A DNA stretch of 64,000 nt, from NCBI RefSeq assembly GCF_031769215.1, contig NW_026782064.1, positions 1,674,001 to 1,738,000 of the forward strand, in the 5' to 3' direction. The DNA is from Ylistrum balloti. Taxonomy: Eukaryota. This document shows, piece after piece, positions 30,701 through 43,456 of the stretch. A program made the translations under genes and the position numbers. The notes below the pieces were generated by a model. It was not told the DNA's origin. It searched no databases and was given only the letters and a program-made list of their open reading frames with translations. Within the stretch, counting starts at the first letter, position 1. Each line of letters begins with the position of its first letter.

Positions 30701-33700
30701 TGAGTACATGAGATAGGAGTTTTCATTTATACTTTCTATGATACTACTGAGTCCCTGAGTCATCAAACTTAATATACAGATACATTTTTAGTGATCTTAC
30801 TATATTGAATTTTAATTTGAATACCTGCTGAAAATTGATGAACCAAGATCAATTTTTCAGTATACATATTCCAAGTTTTGTTGGTAATATATCTTAGATT
30901 ATTCTCTGAATATTTATTTCACTTTATTTGTTATCACAATCTGCTCTTTTTACAGCAGAAATATTTTCCTTTCAATAACAAAATGCAAAATATTTTGAAT
31001 TGTGGTGAATGATATCTTATGCAGAGACAACAGAATGAGGGATCAATGGGAAGTGGCTTTGGAGGAGGATCTGGTGGGAACATGGGCAGTGGAGGTATGG
31101 GTGGCAGCCAGGGGTCAATGCAAGGTCAAAGCCAAGGAATGGGAGGTCAAGGCCAGGGAATGGTATGTATCACTGAAAATTTGTTTATACTGGTTCTTTG
31201 TTATCTTAGATTGAAAAACATACACACTTACTTTTCATCACACCAGTTGTTGTGTCTTTCTTCAGATGGAAGCACTGAAATCAATTCATTTGATATATCG
31301 CCAAGGTTATTAAATTATTTGGGATGTTTATTATATGAAGCAGGTTGAATTCATGGACCTTTGTCCTACAAGTATGATTTACAATTATGTAAAGGTTTTG
31401 TGTGAAGGAAACAAACTATGAAAGTATTTTAGTAAAACAAACACAATGAATATTGTGAATGTGTGTCCCGAATGGCTGTTCTTAAGCAGCAGGGTGCAAT
31501 CTTCACCAATATTATATTATGTATTTCCACTGAGTATTCAGCTTTATTTGGTTGTTGTGTCCCTTGCATCATAAACTATAGAAATAAAAACTGTTACAAA
31601 GAGACCTGTACTTCATTACTGTTAGACACTTTGAAAGAGAAGGAAAAAAAGCATGTTTCATCACTGTTTACAAAAAATCTGCAGAGAAAAATGTTTTTTC
31701 TCAACTCCTGATGATAAGTTGTATGTGAAAATTAACATGTATGTGGAATCATATATTCAGGTTCTAAATTTGTGATACTCTCTCCAGTTTGACAGATTGA
31801 ACTGTCAGAAGTCTGCAGTCTGTGATCCCTCTTTTTGAACTCATCCATCAGTTCATACATTATTTGTATGTAGACCATTGGGATGTTTTATTTAAACAAT
31901 GTGCCTCATAGACTACTATATATGAGTTGCAGTGCTGGGGTCTACCTATATTTGATATTCCCTGCAAAGTTGGCTAAAAGTTCCTTTTTTGGATGGAATT
32001 AATGCTTATTTGAATTGGTGTTGGGCTCTACTATGTAAACAAATTTTAATGTATTGTTACTAAAGATGTGCTGCACTTTTACTTGTTATTAGTAAAACTG
32101 AATATAGACTTGATGTTGAGGCTTTGACATTTTCTCTGAGAGGTATTACAGTCCCATTTGAAGGATGCTTCTAAGGTATATTGTCTTAAAACAAAATTTT
32201 CCTATATCACTTTCACGATAGTGGTACTGGTTCTTACAAGGTCTGGTGAATTAGTGGTATGCTAAACAAAGGAAATCGGAAATTGAAATAAGTGTAGAAG
32301 GACTTGGTTATGAATCCCATCACTTTGTAATGATGATCCAGGCAGAGGATTTGCAAGTGGTGGCTTGGTTAAGGGCATTTTTCTTTTTTTCGGAAAAAAA
32401 CATGGCATTAATTCCTGAAATATTGATTATGTATGGAGCTATGGATCATTATATTTGATATTTCAATACTAAGATGCACATATTACTTTTGTATACTTTC
32501 CTATCTCAAAGTTGATTTGTGGAGTTGAAACATAAAATTAAAAATGTGTATTCAATGATTGTATCATTATTTTGGAGTGGTTCCTTAAATACAGTGTTCA
32601 GTAGAAGCCACTAAGGAATAGATGAACTGTAATCATTAATCATATAACAACATTTTTTACTAAAGCTGATAGAGGTTTCCAGAATTTTTTCTGAAGGAAT
32701 GTTTTTTACAGGGTTTGCATACTATCTTTGAAGTGTTTAACTCTTGTTAAGTTGGGAATAGTCCAAACAGTTCCTGCATTTTCATTGTTTTGCATTCTTC
32801 CTTTTGATGTTATTATGATCCTCATAGATGATGTTAGGTGTTTGAGATGCTAATAAGATTATGAAATTTTGATACTAATGCGTAAGAATAGCTGTACAGA
32901 GCTAAAGTGAGATTGTTGTAAAACACTGTGTCAAATAAAGGGTGTTGTATCTTCCAACTTGTTCAACATTGGGTAAGTGTGCAAGTTACCTTTGGGCTTA
33001 TGACAGTTTTACAACTGTTAAGCAGTAGTACATGGAGGAAGCACAGTAGGTGAAGCAAATCTACCTGTAAGCTTAGCCCTTGTTACACTGATGGAATCTG
33101 TATTGGCCTGTCTATTTCCTTTTATGTCTTTATCACTGGTCTACAATGTGATGATTCACGTTTGCTTTGTGGGATGTTGAAGGAAGAAAACTGAAAGCAA
33201 GTTGGTATGTTATCACTCTGTGCTGTTTAAATTGATCAGGTTGGTTGGAAATAGGCAAAAGAAGACAGTCTATAAAAAAATGTGATAAGAAAACCTGTCT
33301 TGTTAAATGTTATTTTTAAAACTTCAGGAAAGGATTCAACTTTCTCTAAGTAAGTGCTTTATATATCATAGTTTGTTACATTAATGCATTAGAGGTGTTG
33401 AAATTCTGGCAGAAGAGTTGTACTTGGCATTCATAGATATTTCATTGGCAGCGGAGTCCATCCCATGTCATCACTTGTGTACAATTATCAAGATGCTAAC
33501 TATAAGAATGCATTTATCTTGTTTATGACACTTAATGCACTGCCATTATGAAAAGAAAAAAAAGGAGATTCAAATCAATTGAAGCTACCATTGATGAAAC
33601 CTCATGATTACAACCCAGTCCTAAAATCAACAGCATTCTTATAGCCCTGAATGATGGATGCCTTTTTCTCTTTCATAGTTACATACATAATGACACATCA

Positions 33701-36700
33701 CCATTGTATCACAGATATCTATGAAGTGTGATGATTTAACCCTTGAAAAAGTAATATCTAGGTGCATTGTTTTGAAAATAAGGAAAATCATGAGCAATAG
33801 TTAAATCTAATATGGAAATGGGATGGGGATGGATAATGATGTTAAGAAGATATACCTGAAATGGGTATCAAAATGTGTGAGAAGTGCCTGAAACAAGCAA
33901 GCTGAACCTTTGCTGTTCTTCGAATATTATTGTGCCAGCTTGCTCCATATCTTGGATGTCTGTATTATGTTTTTCACATATGTTCATATGTGTGTGTATA
34001 TATATATAGATGACAGATGATGAAACATGCTTTTTTTACAAATAATGGATAACATTTATATTTTGAAATTGTTCCTGTATAAAAAAAAAAAGAAGGAAAA
34101 ACAGAAGTAAAATTATTTTGATAATTGAAAAAAAATATCGATCACATAACATGTATTTTTTCTAGATGATGAATATGGTTTAGAATTACAAACAGTGATG
34201 AATGATGGATCTTGTACAGTCTCCTCAATAAATATATTATGACGTTAATGACAGTGATGTCATTATTACTTTATATGGTGTTGTTGGGTTCTCATCAGAA
34301 GCCAGTTCTGGTGATTGTTAATAAATATTTGATTTATATATGTTTTAATCTGACAAACATTGAGGTAAAATGGGTTTGCCTGTGAGGTAGATATGTAGGA
34401 AACAATCATCGTCATTTATCTGGGTCATTTCTTTATCTTCAGTTCAGATTTCTTGATTAAATTATATACTGTATTACAATTTTGATAATAAGTAGTTTTG
34501 CAAAATCTGACTCTTGCCAAAAAAGGCTGATTTCTGTCAACTTTTGAGTTTGTTAAGTGTGGAAAATAAACAGGAATAACAAGTCCATTTGAAAATTAAC
34601 CACATCTTGAAAAGGTAAAAGTGTGAGATCCTTTGATGGTTCTAATAATTTCAAATAAATAAACTGCTACAAACACCATCAAAAACCAGTAATGTCATCT
34701 AGTCTGCGAAATATTTCATATACCAATCATCAGCAAATGGTTCCATATGACCTTTTTCACAATGTCATCATGGCACATTTCTATTGAACATGTTTTGTGA
34801 AAGCTGCTTATAGATTACAGGTTTAAATGGTCTCCTATGCTTTGTGCTAGTTTTATACATCATGGATTTGAATATAATGCATGAATGTCGAGTATCAATT
34901 TGTTTAGAATTTTGACAAAACTCGTGTCTTGAAAGAAATATTAGGTCTAAGTTGTACAAATGTCATATTCTATATTTACATGGAAAGAGAGAAGCATTTG
35001 TTTCATTTTTAATAATAATTTGAGGTTAATTATGTATATCAATGTTGGACTGCTGTTAAAGGAAATATGACTGTTGTGGACAAAGTACCCTAGTCCATAC
35101 TAGTGCAATATGATATGTTGCACATACACAATATTATACCATCCTTATTTGCATGTTGGGGAAAACAGAAAGTTTGATAAAATATTTAAACTACTGATGC
35201 AAGGGACAAAAAAAGTTTTGATAAAATATGGTAATTACATGTACTCCTGATGCAAGGGACACAATTAACATTGTATCTTTGATTGTCCTTGATGACGAAG
35301 CAGCAGAGATATCTGCTTGCATGAGATGTGAACCAATAACCTTGTACATTGTACATACATATGTGTACATTGACATTACTTTTCGTGTTTTAGTTTTCTT
35401 TCAGGATGAATTAAAAAATATGAAACCACTGTTAAACTTGTAGTTGATGGAAAGGTGCTACAATGTTTTAATGTTAAAGCTGTGTGGTTTTAAAGCTGTT
35501 GGGTAGGTATTTGATGATGGATGTCTTTGGCTGCTACTTAAAATTTTAAAGCATCATATTATTCAGTAATGATTTTGATCTGAATTTCATGGAATTCTAT
35601 TGTCATGTGACAAGGGGATTGGACAGCTGACAAAACTCATGCAAGTCCTCTCCTTAGTAATGGTATTTGATTATCTTGTGTCTGTATAAATAACCTGTCC
35701 AGTTCTGCACCTTCATTTGCATTTACTGGAATGATAATATTGTATAGATTGAACATGCTGAACACCTAACACATGTCAGATTGTCTCCATTACTACTCTA
35801 TAAATTGTGTACAAGAATTGATGCAGAAAGACTGTTTGAACAAATGGAAAAAACATACTGTATATCCTTCACTATGTGTAGTCTGGATTTTCGAGAAGAA
35901 AGAATTTTTGACTACCTGTATTCAGAGGATTTACTTCTTTACAGTAGTGTTAATTATTGAATTTATGTGCCATTTATACTGCAGGTGCTGAAACTTTGTT
36001 GAGATAACAAAGTTTAGTATGGGGAAAAGTAATGGTAGTATTTCTGGAAATATCCTACATTTTGAACAGACATACCACTTTTTACTGTTACTACACTTGG
36101 AATTAGGTCATGATCAATGTTTACCTCCGGAGTAGACATTGTGAATAATTTTCACCTTCCATATACTTGTCGGTGATGTTTATCTGAGATATTTTGAAGC
36201 GTACTCTCTACAGGAATATTTATAATTAAACAAGGTCAAGGACACCGTTATTGATTCAACAGGAAGGCTCTCTTAATTGAATGAAGTCTCCAAGAACTTG
36301 AAAACTTCATAAAATGACTGTAAAAAAATCAGAATGTTTCTATCAGTTTTGGTATCAAAAACTGTATAGGTTGTAAAGTCAATATATCACACTTGGATTT
36401 TGTTGTCATTTCCTAGTGTCTTTCAGTAGTTGTTATTTTTAGTAACCTGGGTGGGCATAATGGCATTGGTCACCTCTTGACAAACAATGGTAATTCACAT
36501 TGTTTTGGCACATGAACTATTTCATTGTAGCAACTGCATTCACTATGAGATATTCATGAAAGTGGCACATACAGTTATGTTTACATTTGTGGTCATGTTT
36601 GTGTAAACATGAGGATGTGGTTTGTTGATTGGAAAATCGATAAGTGGAAAAAGGGAAGTCTTGTCATTTAGATAATGCTTGCTTGGTGATAATTTTTACA

Positions 36701-38873
36701 GAAAACAAGTATAATAGTGTTGATATAAGAATTCTAGAATTTTAAAGATGCTGCTTGAGAAAAAGTCCATGGAATCATAGATTAGATTATTTGTCTTTAG
36801 ATTGAGATACCATGTGCAAGCATAATATGATATAGAGCAATACAATTTTGTTTTTGGCTGAGGTAAGCATTTACCCGTGTGTGCTGAATGTTTGGAGAGA
36901 TTCCCAGTACTAGAAATGAGATATAAAAGTATGCTTGGAAATCTTCCAAGCAGAACTTACAATTGCAAATGATGAATTTGAAACTGGTATGCATGTAAAC
37001 ATTCTGTTGTCTGTGAAAAATATAGAGAAGAAAATCATTACCCTTTGAAGATTGTGCTGAAGACATACAAGTGAATAGCACCATTTAACCCAAATTTGGA
37101 TAAGATACAATAGAGCTAAACAATGAGTTAGACACCATCATACAGCTGTTTTATGTTCTAGGGCTTGTCAGTGATTCTAAGAGCCTAAATGTTCAACCTA
37201 GGATGTAAATGAGGAGAAACTCTAGATGGGGAGGTGCACTAGTCCCATGATTGAGGAAGTTTTATAGTTTTGACATATCTGATAATGTATCTGTTTTATT
37301 CAGAATTTAATTGTACTTTGCTTTTGCCTGTTGCAAAAAATCTATGAACTGGTCATTGTTAACAAATGTTGGTATTCAATACTGGAAGGAAAGCTTGCAA
37401 GTTGTGTGAAGGAGAAGCCATATTGACATGTGTGCTTGACTCCTGATGCCTTTAATGTAAGAAAGAAATATATTAAGAATAGAGGTCAATGCTTGCGTAC
37501 ATCAACAGCAAAGAATTGTAAGAGTAAATACTGCTGTTTTCATGAAATACTTGAATGGAAATTAAAAAGAAATGCTGATGCCTGCAGTATGATGTCATAT
37601 TTCAGGTGACTGGATTTTGTTGACAATATTATTGATATTGTCTTTACTTGAATGAAAATAATGGATAATTTGTACTTTATTTTGAAAACCTATCAAAGTA
37701 TGGAATACTCTCTGGAAGGTACATTAAGGATACATCTAGAACTAATTAAATTAAATTTAGTTAAAATGTGTAAAAATAGTGATTTGTATTTTCAAACTGT
37801 AGACTTGGTTAAGATCCGTAGTGTTGGGGAATCAATACTGTTCTGTTATTTTCTGCTGGAAATAATAGAATCAGTTTTGAATTAAATCTGATGTATTGCC
37901 GATTGAGGCAAAATATGGGAAGAAACAGTAGAATGTGTAAAATTTGATATTGGAGGTGGGAGGGGGGATATTTGTAATGGTCATTTGAGGAAACGGGGTA
38001 AAAGATATGTTGTTTGACACATAAAACAGTCTAAAGACGTTGATAAATCACTGTTTTACTAGTATTGACTTGTACTGATTTTGTGTCCGTCTATAAGTAA
38101 TTGATGGGTTATACTTATACATGTGTGCTGTTATACTCATTATTGGTGTACACATTCTGTACATAAATATATATGGAATATATGGTTATTTTCATTGCAT
38201 GGTTATTTTGAGACACAAGGTAATTTTAATATCAATATGTTATATAATTGCTATGATTTTAACCCTACTTTTGATTTGAAAGCCATCAGACAAGTCATCA
38301 TTTACCAACCTGGAGCATCTCCCTCTGCTCTTTTGAGCCTTTTGTAGAGGTAAGATTCTTAGTTGAAAACCAATATTTCATGTTTTCTAATGAACTATTT
38401 CTTCTTCCTTTTTTTTCTTGTGCCCGTGATGGATTTATCCTGTGAAAATGATGTCCTCTACAACCATTTGTAAATCAATCCAAAAATTGATTTAAAATTG
38501 GTCAACTTTACCTTTGACCATGAATATTATACCGGCCTGAATTGTGATGGACCTATGCATTCATTTCTGAATGTTAACCCTGATATAATTACCATAAAAA
38601 ACTCAACAACAGCGCCAATCAAGATTTGATCAACAAGGTGGTAACTACGGAAATGGAAACTTTGGGGGCCGTGGGGGTATGGGAGGCCAGGGCGGGGGTA
38701 TGTCTGGAGGAAATGGAGGTGGTGGTATGCAGGGGGGTGGCAACATGTACGGAGGTGGGGGTATGAGTGGAAATATGGGAGGTGGACGTGGTGGTATGAA
38801 TGAACGCAGGCGCCAAGAGGCTGGAGGACCCCGTGACGACTATGGAGATATGAAGAGAATGCGCCGGTATTAG
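24269..38873 (+). CDS. NONO: DBHS-family RNA-binding protein (NONO/SFPQ/PSPC1; nonA/hrp65-like), 8 coding exons, 636 aa
   Basis: Exons 24269-24757, 25499-25800, 26721-27013, 27775-27859, 28558-28684, 30202-30417, 31025-31162, 38613-38873 (1,911 nt, phase-consistent). Domains in order: RGG-rich N-terminus; RRM1 (RCRLFVGNL...KGFGFIRM); RRM2 ([15 protein letters not shown]...[15 protein letters not shown]); NOPS ([21 protein letters not shown]...[18 protein letters not shown]); coiled coil; G/M/R-rich tail ending KRMRRY. The paralogue symbol is nominal. Confidence 0.94.
25499..25800 (+). CDS. NONO: DBHS exon 2 (end of RRM1, RRM2)
   Basis: [39 protein letters not shown]...; ttattag acceptor, GC|gtaaga donor. 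Confidence 0.94.
26089..26528 (-). mobile_element. Tandem pair (about 291-bp period) of young tRNA-like SINE copies in DBHS intron 2
   Basis: Two near-identical TGTAACAGAAGTCATTTTTCCATCTCAATGCCTCTA...CTCAACCAATCGAGCTAAAGAGAAG...GGGTTACATACTCCCTCTCCA blocks; CpG-rich in a CpG-poor intron. Confidence 0.65.
26721..27013 (+). CDS. NONO: DBHS exon 3 (NOPS domain, start of the coiled coil)
   Basis: ORF 26740..27075; tttgtag acceptor, CAG|gtgtgt donor. Confidence 0.94.
27775..27859 (+). CDS. NONO: DBHS exon 4 ([28 protein letters not shown])
   Basis: cattgcag acceptor, CG|gtaggt donor; typical DBHS coiled coil. Confidence 0.92.
28558..28684 (+). CDS. NONO: DBHS exon 5 ([24 protein letters not shown]...QMEQ)
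   Basis: atttcag acceptor, CAG|gtaaca donor. Confidence 0.9.
30202..30417 (+). CDS. NONO: DBHS exon 6, (GMRG[DE])n repeats and a proline stretch
   Basis: ORF 30193..30519; gttacag acceptor, AAT|gtaagt donor. Confidence 0.9.
30205..30345 (+). repeat. Coding 15-bp repeat, (GMRG[DE]) x9, in DBHS exon 6
   Basis: Direct translation; synonymous variation between units. Confidence 0.92.
31025..31162 (+). CDS. NONO: DBHS exon 7, G/M/Q/S-rich
   Basis: ttatgcag acceptor, ATG|gtatgt donor. Confidence 0.88.
38613..38873 (+). CDS. NONO: DBHS terminal exon ([10 protein letters not shown]...DMKRMRRY*)
   Basis: In frame with ORF 38679..38873; the C-terminal basic-plus-aromatic end resembles the DBHS C-terminal NLS; the acceptor caacaacag lacks a pyrimidine tract. 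Confidence 0.85.
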   Translation, partial: RQSRFDQQGGNYGNGNFGGRGGMGGQGGGMSGGNGGGGMQGGGNMYGGGGMSGNMGGGRGGMNERRRQEAGGPRDDYGDMKRMRRY

Positions 38874-38943
38874 TTCTTGAATTAATAGACTCTGCAGGCT
38901 TGCTGAGGGATATAAATTGCTTTAGAGAAAATATAGACATGTC

Positions 38944-38949
38944 AATAAA
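38944..38949 (+). terminator. Candidate proximal poly(A) signal AATAAA of the DBHS gene
   Basis: AATAAA 70 nt after the stop codon. Confidence 0.45.
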
Positions 38950-41900
38950 GAAGTTTAAACTTCTTATAAAACAGCAATCATGATCAGCCAGTGTCAGTAG
39001 CAGTTAAATAGCTTGACATTATGTGTTGGAAGAGTACATTGAAAAAAACTTTGAAAAGTGGAAGAGAAAGACTGGAAAAAATTACAGCCAGTTGTTTCTT
39101 TTTTATGCATTGATTGCAGTCAAAGATAATACAGATATGTGTGGAAGTGACATGAACATTGAATTATCACTTTAGATATCGTAAGATATTGTCTCTGTGT
39201 ATGTCGATTGAATTGAATTCATCATTTGATATCATTCATTGTAATATATCCATCTTTATTTTGTGTTGTGTCCTTCATCATTTTAACTCTATGTTTCATT
39301 TTATACTTATTGGACAAGGATCCATAATCATGTTGTTACAACATTGAAAAGAAATAGCATTCATTATGATAATGGTCTCTCCTGATGTCCTATTCATGTC
39401 AATTCATTAGAAAGACGTAATCCATAATTCTAGATTGTCATACCCAAACAACCATTATTTTACTATTTGAAGATGTATCCATTGGTAATGTAAAAAAAAA
39501 AATGTCAAAAGAAATAAAATATTGTACCTATAAACTTACTGCTGTATATTATATTATAATGGCCGACTGGAGATTATCAGACTGACCCAGTCAAAAATTT
39601 GGACAGGGCATGTTATGGTGTAGCGTCCGTCTGTCCATCAGTCATCAGCTGTTTTAGCCTAGATATCTACTGTCTCAGATTTTAAGCAGAGTCCTGGTAT
39701 ACTTAATAAAAAGTTTTGTTTTCATGATGGCTTTTCAACTCAATTCAGCATTTTCATATTCTTTGGCATAGTATATTTTTGTATCTATTTTTCTGCCATC
39801 GTTGTATAACTACGACATGAAAAGAATTTAGTTTTTGCTAAAGACGTTCCATTTGATAGCTTTGTTTTGTTCATCTTATCAACTTTGTCCATATCTCTCT
39901 CACTCTCATGTTTTCTGCTGATCTTTGAAATTTTGCAGGATAATTATTGTGACACTGGGTTGTATTTTGCTAAAATGGTATTTTGTGGTATAAGGTGTTT
40001 TTTTTATGTTTTTTCATTAACAGTCATTAATTTTGTCCTGGGGAGCTCTCAGTTTTTAAGGGGTTTCTTTAAACTTTTGTAGGTTTTTCCATAATGGCTT
40101 GAAGCTCTGAATTTGATACTTTTATGAATTAAGATACAAAACAAGGTAATATATACATCTTTAATATCATTAAAGAAATTTTCCACCTTGCTTATATCTG
40201 CGAGTAAAAATCTCAATTCACATCAAGTACGGCAGTCAAACGGAAGGTGTTGAATCTGTCTGAACAACTGTAGCTTGTGTGCAGTAGAAAGGGACATTCA
40301 ATTTTGTATTCTTCCACTTTCCAGAATGAATTTTAGTCTGGTAACTAGAATTGCTGATGGAATCATAATCATACGATCAGAAAAAGTATTTACATGTGGC
40401 TGAATTACATTAATTAAAGGTCTGCTGCTGAAGTATGTAAATGATACAAAAGTACATGTATTTTGGTATTCTGTGCCCTGCAGTTACTGGCAAACAATGT
40501 CAATATGTAGTTATTGTGAAAGTAGGACTATGAAAGAAACCGTGACCTCTATCTATATGTTATAAACTTTAACATGGCTCATACAGAAAGGAAAAGTCCT
40601 AAATATCAGCACTTTCTTGGAAATGCCTTGGAATTCTGTGCCAGTTTGAAAAATTGGAATATTTCTGTCCCTGAAATGTTTTGGAAATGTTCTTGAACTT
40701 CATATTGGAAAGTCCAGGGGGAAAGTCCTCAAAATCATATTAGGTGTCGGAAGTCTATACATACAAACAATATTTGAAATCTGCAAGTATTTTGAAATAT
40801 TTGACATAATTATTAATGGGAATCTTGAAATTTTGGGAAATGCCTATCATCTAGACATGTTCACCCAATAAATTGTATGGGGTAAGCAGGTTCTTCACAT
40901 CTCCACTTTTTCAATCACTTTGTAGATGTCTCTTACGGTACTGTTAATTTGAGTGAGAGAATTTCTGAAAAATACTTTTTCTTTCTTTCAGAATATTTTA
41001 TTGTCATGGTGGTATTGACAGTAGGAATTGGGCAACAGGCAGAGCCTATGAAAGCCCTCTCCTTACAGTGCATAAACAAGTATACAGACACATCAATCAA
41101 AATTAGAGATAACAGATAATAATAATATTAGGAATAAGAATGTAGAAGATAGATTAAAATGGATGATTATATAACCGAAATGCAAAATAGGCATCACCAT
41201 CGTTTGTATTATTGAGTTCCAGAACAGTAACATAAACTAAAAGATACAAATTAGGTATCACAAGATATTACAAGACTGGGTCAAAAATACTATTTATAAA
41301 ACAAAACAAAAAAATATGGGACCTTGTCAAAAAAAAGCTGTCGTGTATATAAATCTAAATATTTATGTGCAGAAATGAAGTGCTTTTACAACCTTTACAC
41401 TTGCTGTTGCACAAAATTAAAGATTCCCACATCAAATGTAGTGACAAAACAATTAGCATCCCCAGTTTAAATGTGTCCTTAACAACATGCTAATTTTGTG
41501 AATACAAACCGAAGTAAAGCAACTGTAGAGAACTTTAAAAGGATTTAATTTGTCTTTCTGAAAAGTCATTGTGATGTCTTAGTGATACTAAACGTTTGTC
41601 TTAATACTCTTTTTCAATGTCATTGTCAACGACAGGCAACAAAACTTGCCTGAAGGTGTAAACCTATTTTAATTTCCTATCACTGATGTATGAAGCAAAC
41701 TGAACAATGGTAGATAGAGATGCACACTTTATTCTACCTCCACAGTCTCATGGATTGATTGGCGTCGTCTTCCATCTGTTTATGAAACCTTTTGTTGCAT
41801 GTACATATGTATCGTGGACGAACAACATCCAAATGATGCCTTCGATTCCAATTCTAAAAAAAAAAACGAAAAATTGATAGTAGGCTGTATTTGTACTCTC

Positions 41901-43456
41901 GGATTAGTTAAGTTATTTATATAATATAGATCTTGGGTTCATACATCGTCAAGTATATTCCTGAGCTGATTGCCACAAGTTACAAATGGTGCATAGATAT
42001 TAATTATACACCTGTTTAATGTTACCTCATTAACAACTTGTAATGTTTTAATCTTTATACAAAATTACATTTGATACCATTTCAATAGTTTTGATGACCT
42101 TGTTTTGCGTGGCTACTTTATGCCATCGAATAATATAAGTTGAAGCTCCTCAGAAACCATTTATGGAACATTTCATTATTCAAAGTTGGGATGGATGGTA
42201 TGATACCTTAAAGGATATGTATAAGACGCAAGAAAAACTTTGATGTCAAAGAAAGAAAATAATCCATCTGCTGTTTATATTTCTTGAATACTGGTACAAT
42301 ATCGAGAAGAATGATCTACGGAATGGATTTTTTTTAGTCACTTCAATATTTGGAGTGCAGCCATTTTACAGGTGTTTTAGATGTAGTTTTCATGAAATTC
42401 ATCATACATTTGACCATTTTATGCTTTGGACCAAGATAATTAATGGTCTGATGACTGAATAATTTGGATTCCTGTGCATTTGTGGGAAAAAACTTGAAGT
42501 TGATGTCCAAACCTTCCCAGATCCACAGAAGATAAGGTTTTAGTGACTTTGTAGGCCAACTGATAAATGAACATATTTGAGATGACTAAATTTTGAAGTC
42601 ACTCATGTCATATATCGTAAGTATACATCCTCAGTAAAGGAATGGTAAGTATTTATGTTTAGATGCATACTTCTTTAAAGAATGAGATAACCAGGGATAT
42701 CCAATATAATTTTGAGAAATGATCACTGTCATAATTCTTCGTGATTGATGAGGGATATATATATGGTGATGAATCCTTAACACACGCTGTTGTTTCATTT
42801 TCTCATCATTTTGGGGTTTGGGGAAGCAATCTGCTTTCAGCTGTTAATAAGGAAAAACCACCGCATCTGTGTTAAAATATACAGCAGCATATGTCTGAAA
42901 ACTTGGAAAGTATAATAATGTTTTCTTAAAAATTTGGGATATTTGTTTTATTTTTTCATCATTTCAAGGAAATAGCAGTTTTTGGTTTGGGAAAACAGTC
43001 TGCTTTCAGCTGTAAACAGAAAAAAAACCCACTGCATTTGTATTCTATAAAGAAATTTCATAATGTGTTGTATGCTAAGAAAATGTGTTGCAAACACATC
43101 GTGCTGATCTTCAGAAGGTGATCAGAATGTAGATATTGTGCATTATGTTCCCTTCTCTAGACTATGAATCTATATTGAGGGGAAGGTTAGACTTTCATAG
43201 TCATACATAATATAGGGAGATGTTGATTGCTTTGCCCTTTGTGGGTGATTGTGTTGAACTGTTGACCTTTTAAGTTTTATTTCAGATTATTTAACCCAGC
43301 AAAGACTTCTCTGTAAACATCCAACTGTTCACTAGCTGCAGGGATATGATCTTACAAGAAACAGTTAGGAGGGAAAGATCTCCCGATACTGGCAGACTTC
43401 ATAACCTTTGGTCTTAGCATTTATAGCTTTGAGTCCTCATAATGAGCAACAAAATA

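Noticed and set aside
32372-32400. U-rich TTTTTCTTTTTTT followed by an A run, as a MALAT1/NEAT1-type triple-helix element in the DBHS intron
   Set aside because: Only one U-rich motif; no second U-tract, no flanking stem, no AAAAAGCAAAA-type tract and no downstream tRNA-like structure.
41735-41855. CpG-containing island with a minus-strand acceptor, as a coding exon (similar island at about 46190-46310)
   Set aside because: All frames give unrecognisable peptides and cannot be chained convincingly; an insertion fragment is equally likely.
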